A stretch of 64,000 bases of DNA from Ruditapes philippinarum. Lineage: Eukaryota. Below the pieces are notes generated by a model. It saw nothing but the letters and a program-made list of their open reading frames with translations, was not told where the DNA came from and did not search any database. The stretch's first letter is position 1, and every line of letters starts with the position of its first letter. Positions 62,716-64,000 of the stretch are shown here, one piece after another. The stretch is taken from the NCBI RefSeq assembly GCF_026571515.1, contig NW_026852806.1, positions 62,001 to 126,000 of the forward strand. Direction: 5' to 3'. The position numbers were made by a program, and so were the translations under genes.

Positions 62716-64000
62716 AACAAGAGCTGTCGGTAGGACAGCAACGCTCGACTATTCTTAGTGCTTGATAGTAAAAAACGCCTTGATTAAAAGGTAAAATTTT
62801 CTCAGTAAAGAAAAAGGCAAAATTTTTCTTTAAATCCATATTTCAGTTATAGGCCTTGGAGAGAATCCTATTATGCTCTCAAAGAAGAGTATAAAATTTC
62901 AACATGTTTCAAAGCCTTATGTCAATGAATTTTGAAAATATTTGAGGTAGTACAAAAACTTTAACGTAAATTCTAAGTCAAAAAAGGGGCATAATTCTGT
63001 CAAAATGCTTGATAGAGTTACCTCCTCCTGTCTACATGTAGGGGTCATGATGGTGAACAAGTGTGCAAAGTTTCAAAGCCATATGTCAATGGACTTTGAA
63101 AATATTTGAGGTATTACAAAAACTTTAACGTAAATTCTAAGTCGAAAAAGGGCATAATTCTGTCAAAATGCTTGATAGAGTTACCTCCTCCTGTCTACAG
63201 GTTGGGTAATGATGGTGAACAAGTGTGCAAAGTTTCAAAGCCATATGTCAATGGACTTTGAAAATATTTGAGTATTACAAAAACTTTAACGTAAATTCTA
63301 AGTCGAACAATGAGCTGTCAGTAGGACAGCAACGCTCGACTATCTTTTAGTGCTTGATTAGTAAAAAAATGCTTTGATACAGTTACCTCCTCCTGTTTAC
63401 AGGTTGGGGTCATGATGTTAGACAAGTCTGCAAAGTTTCAAAGCCATATGTCAATGGACTTTGAAAATATTTGAACTATTACAAAAACTTTAACATAAAT
63501 TCTAAAGCAAAAAAGGGGCATAATTCTGTCAAAATGCTTGATAGAGTTACCAACTCCTGTCTACAGGTTGGGGTCATGATGGTGAACAAGTGTGCAAAGT
63601 TTCAAAGCCATATGTCAATGGACTTTGAAAATATTTGAACTATTACAAAAACTTTAATGTAAGTTCTAAGTCGAAAAAAGGGGCATAATTCTGTCAAAAT
63701 GCTTGATAGAGTTACCTCCTCCTGTCTACAGGTTGGGGTCATGATGTTGAACAAGTGTGCAAAGTTTCAAAGCCATATGTCAATGGACTTTGAAAATATT
63801 TGAACTATTACAAAAAACTTTAACATAAATTCTAAGTCGAAAAAGGGGCATAATTCTGTCAAAATGCTTGATAGAGTTACCAACTCCTGTCTACAGGTTG
63901 GGGTCATGATGGTGAACAAGTGTGCAAAGTTTCAAAGCCATATGTCAATGGACTTTGAAAATATTTGAACTATTACAAAAACTTTAACGTAAATTCTAAG
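62716..64000 (+). repeat. Helentron-like element (same family as 59156) expanded into a ~164-bp satellite array, running off the window
   Basis: caaagccata at 63074, 63236, 63439, 63603, 63768 and 63933; head sequence repeated at ~63306. Confidence 0.92.

Noticed and set aside
57380-64000. CRISPR-like array
   Set aside because: Units are contiguous tandem repeats with no unique spacers, in eukaryotic context with no cas genes.

Overview
AT-rich eukaryotic genomic DNA with two assembly gaps (9999-10162, 55847-56053). The repeat types (Helentron/pearl-like elements with satellite cores, tRNA-derived SINEs, LINE fragments) suggest a marine invertebrate, most likely a bivalve mollusc; this is inference. 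The main feature is one complete minus-strand polycystin-1-family (PKD1L/PKDREJ-like) gene, gene A, rebuilt by hand as 42 phase-consistent exons (54968 to 20330, 9357 nt, about 3118 aa). Domain order: signal peptide, three copies of an uncharacterised 'PDFNSGW...HGL-x-x-x-P' beta-rich module (the third apparently interrupted by about 400 aa of a cryptic 10-residue repeat), 2 EGF, PKD, REJ, GAIN/GPS lacking the HL|T cleavage motif, TM1, PLAT, and the TOP plus channel region. About 10 kb downstream a head-to-tail paralog (gene B) begins, with exons at 10349, 1542-1588 and 643-810, and runs off the left edge. In both genes the start codon is split by intron 1 (AT|G). One donor in gene A reads AT instead of GT. 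The rest is introns and intergenic DNA with LINE fragments, a young RNase H LINE with a 12-bp TSD, a mariner remnant, a 9-bp-TSD MITE, SINEs, long palindromes with recurrent CGAG/CGAG mismatches, and Helentron-like elements carrying ~144-bp and ~164-bp tandem arrays.
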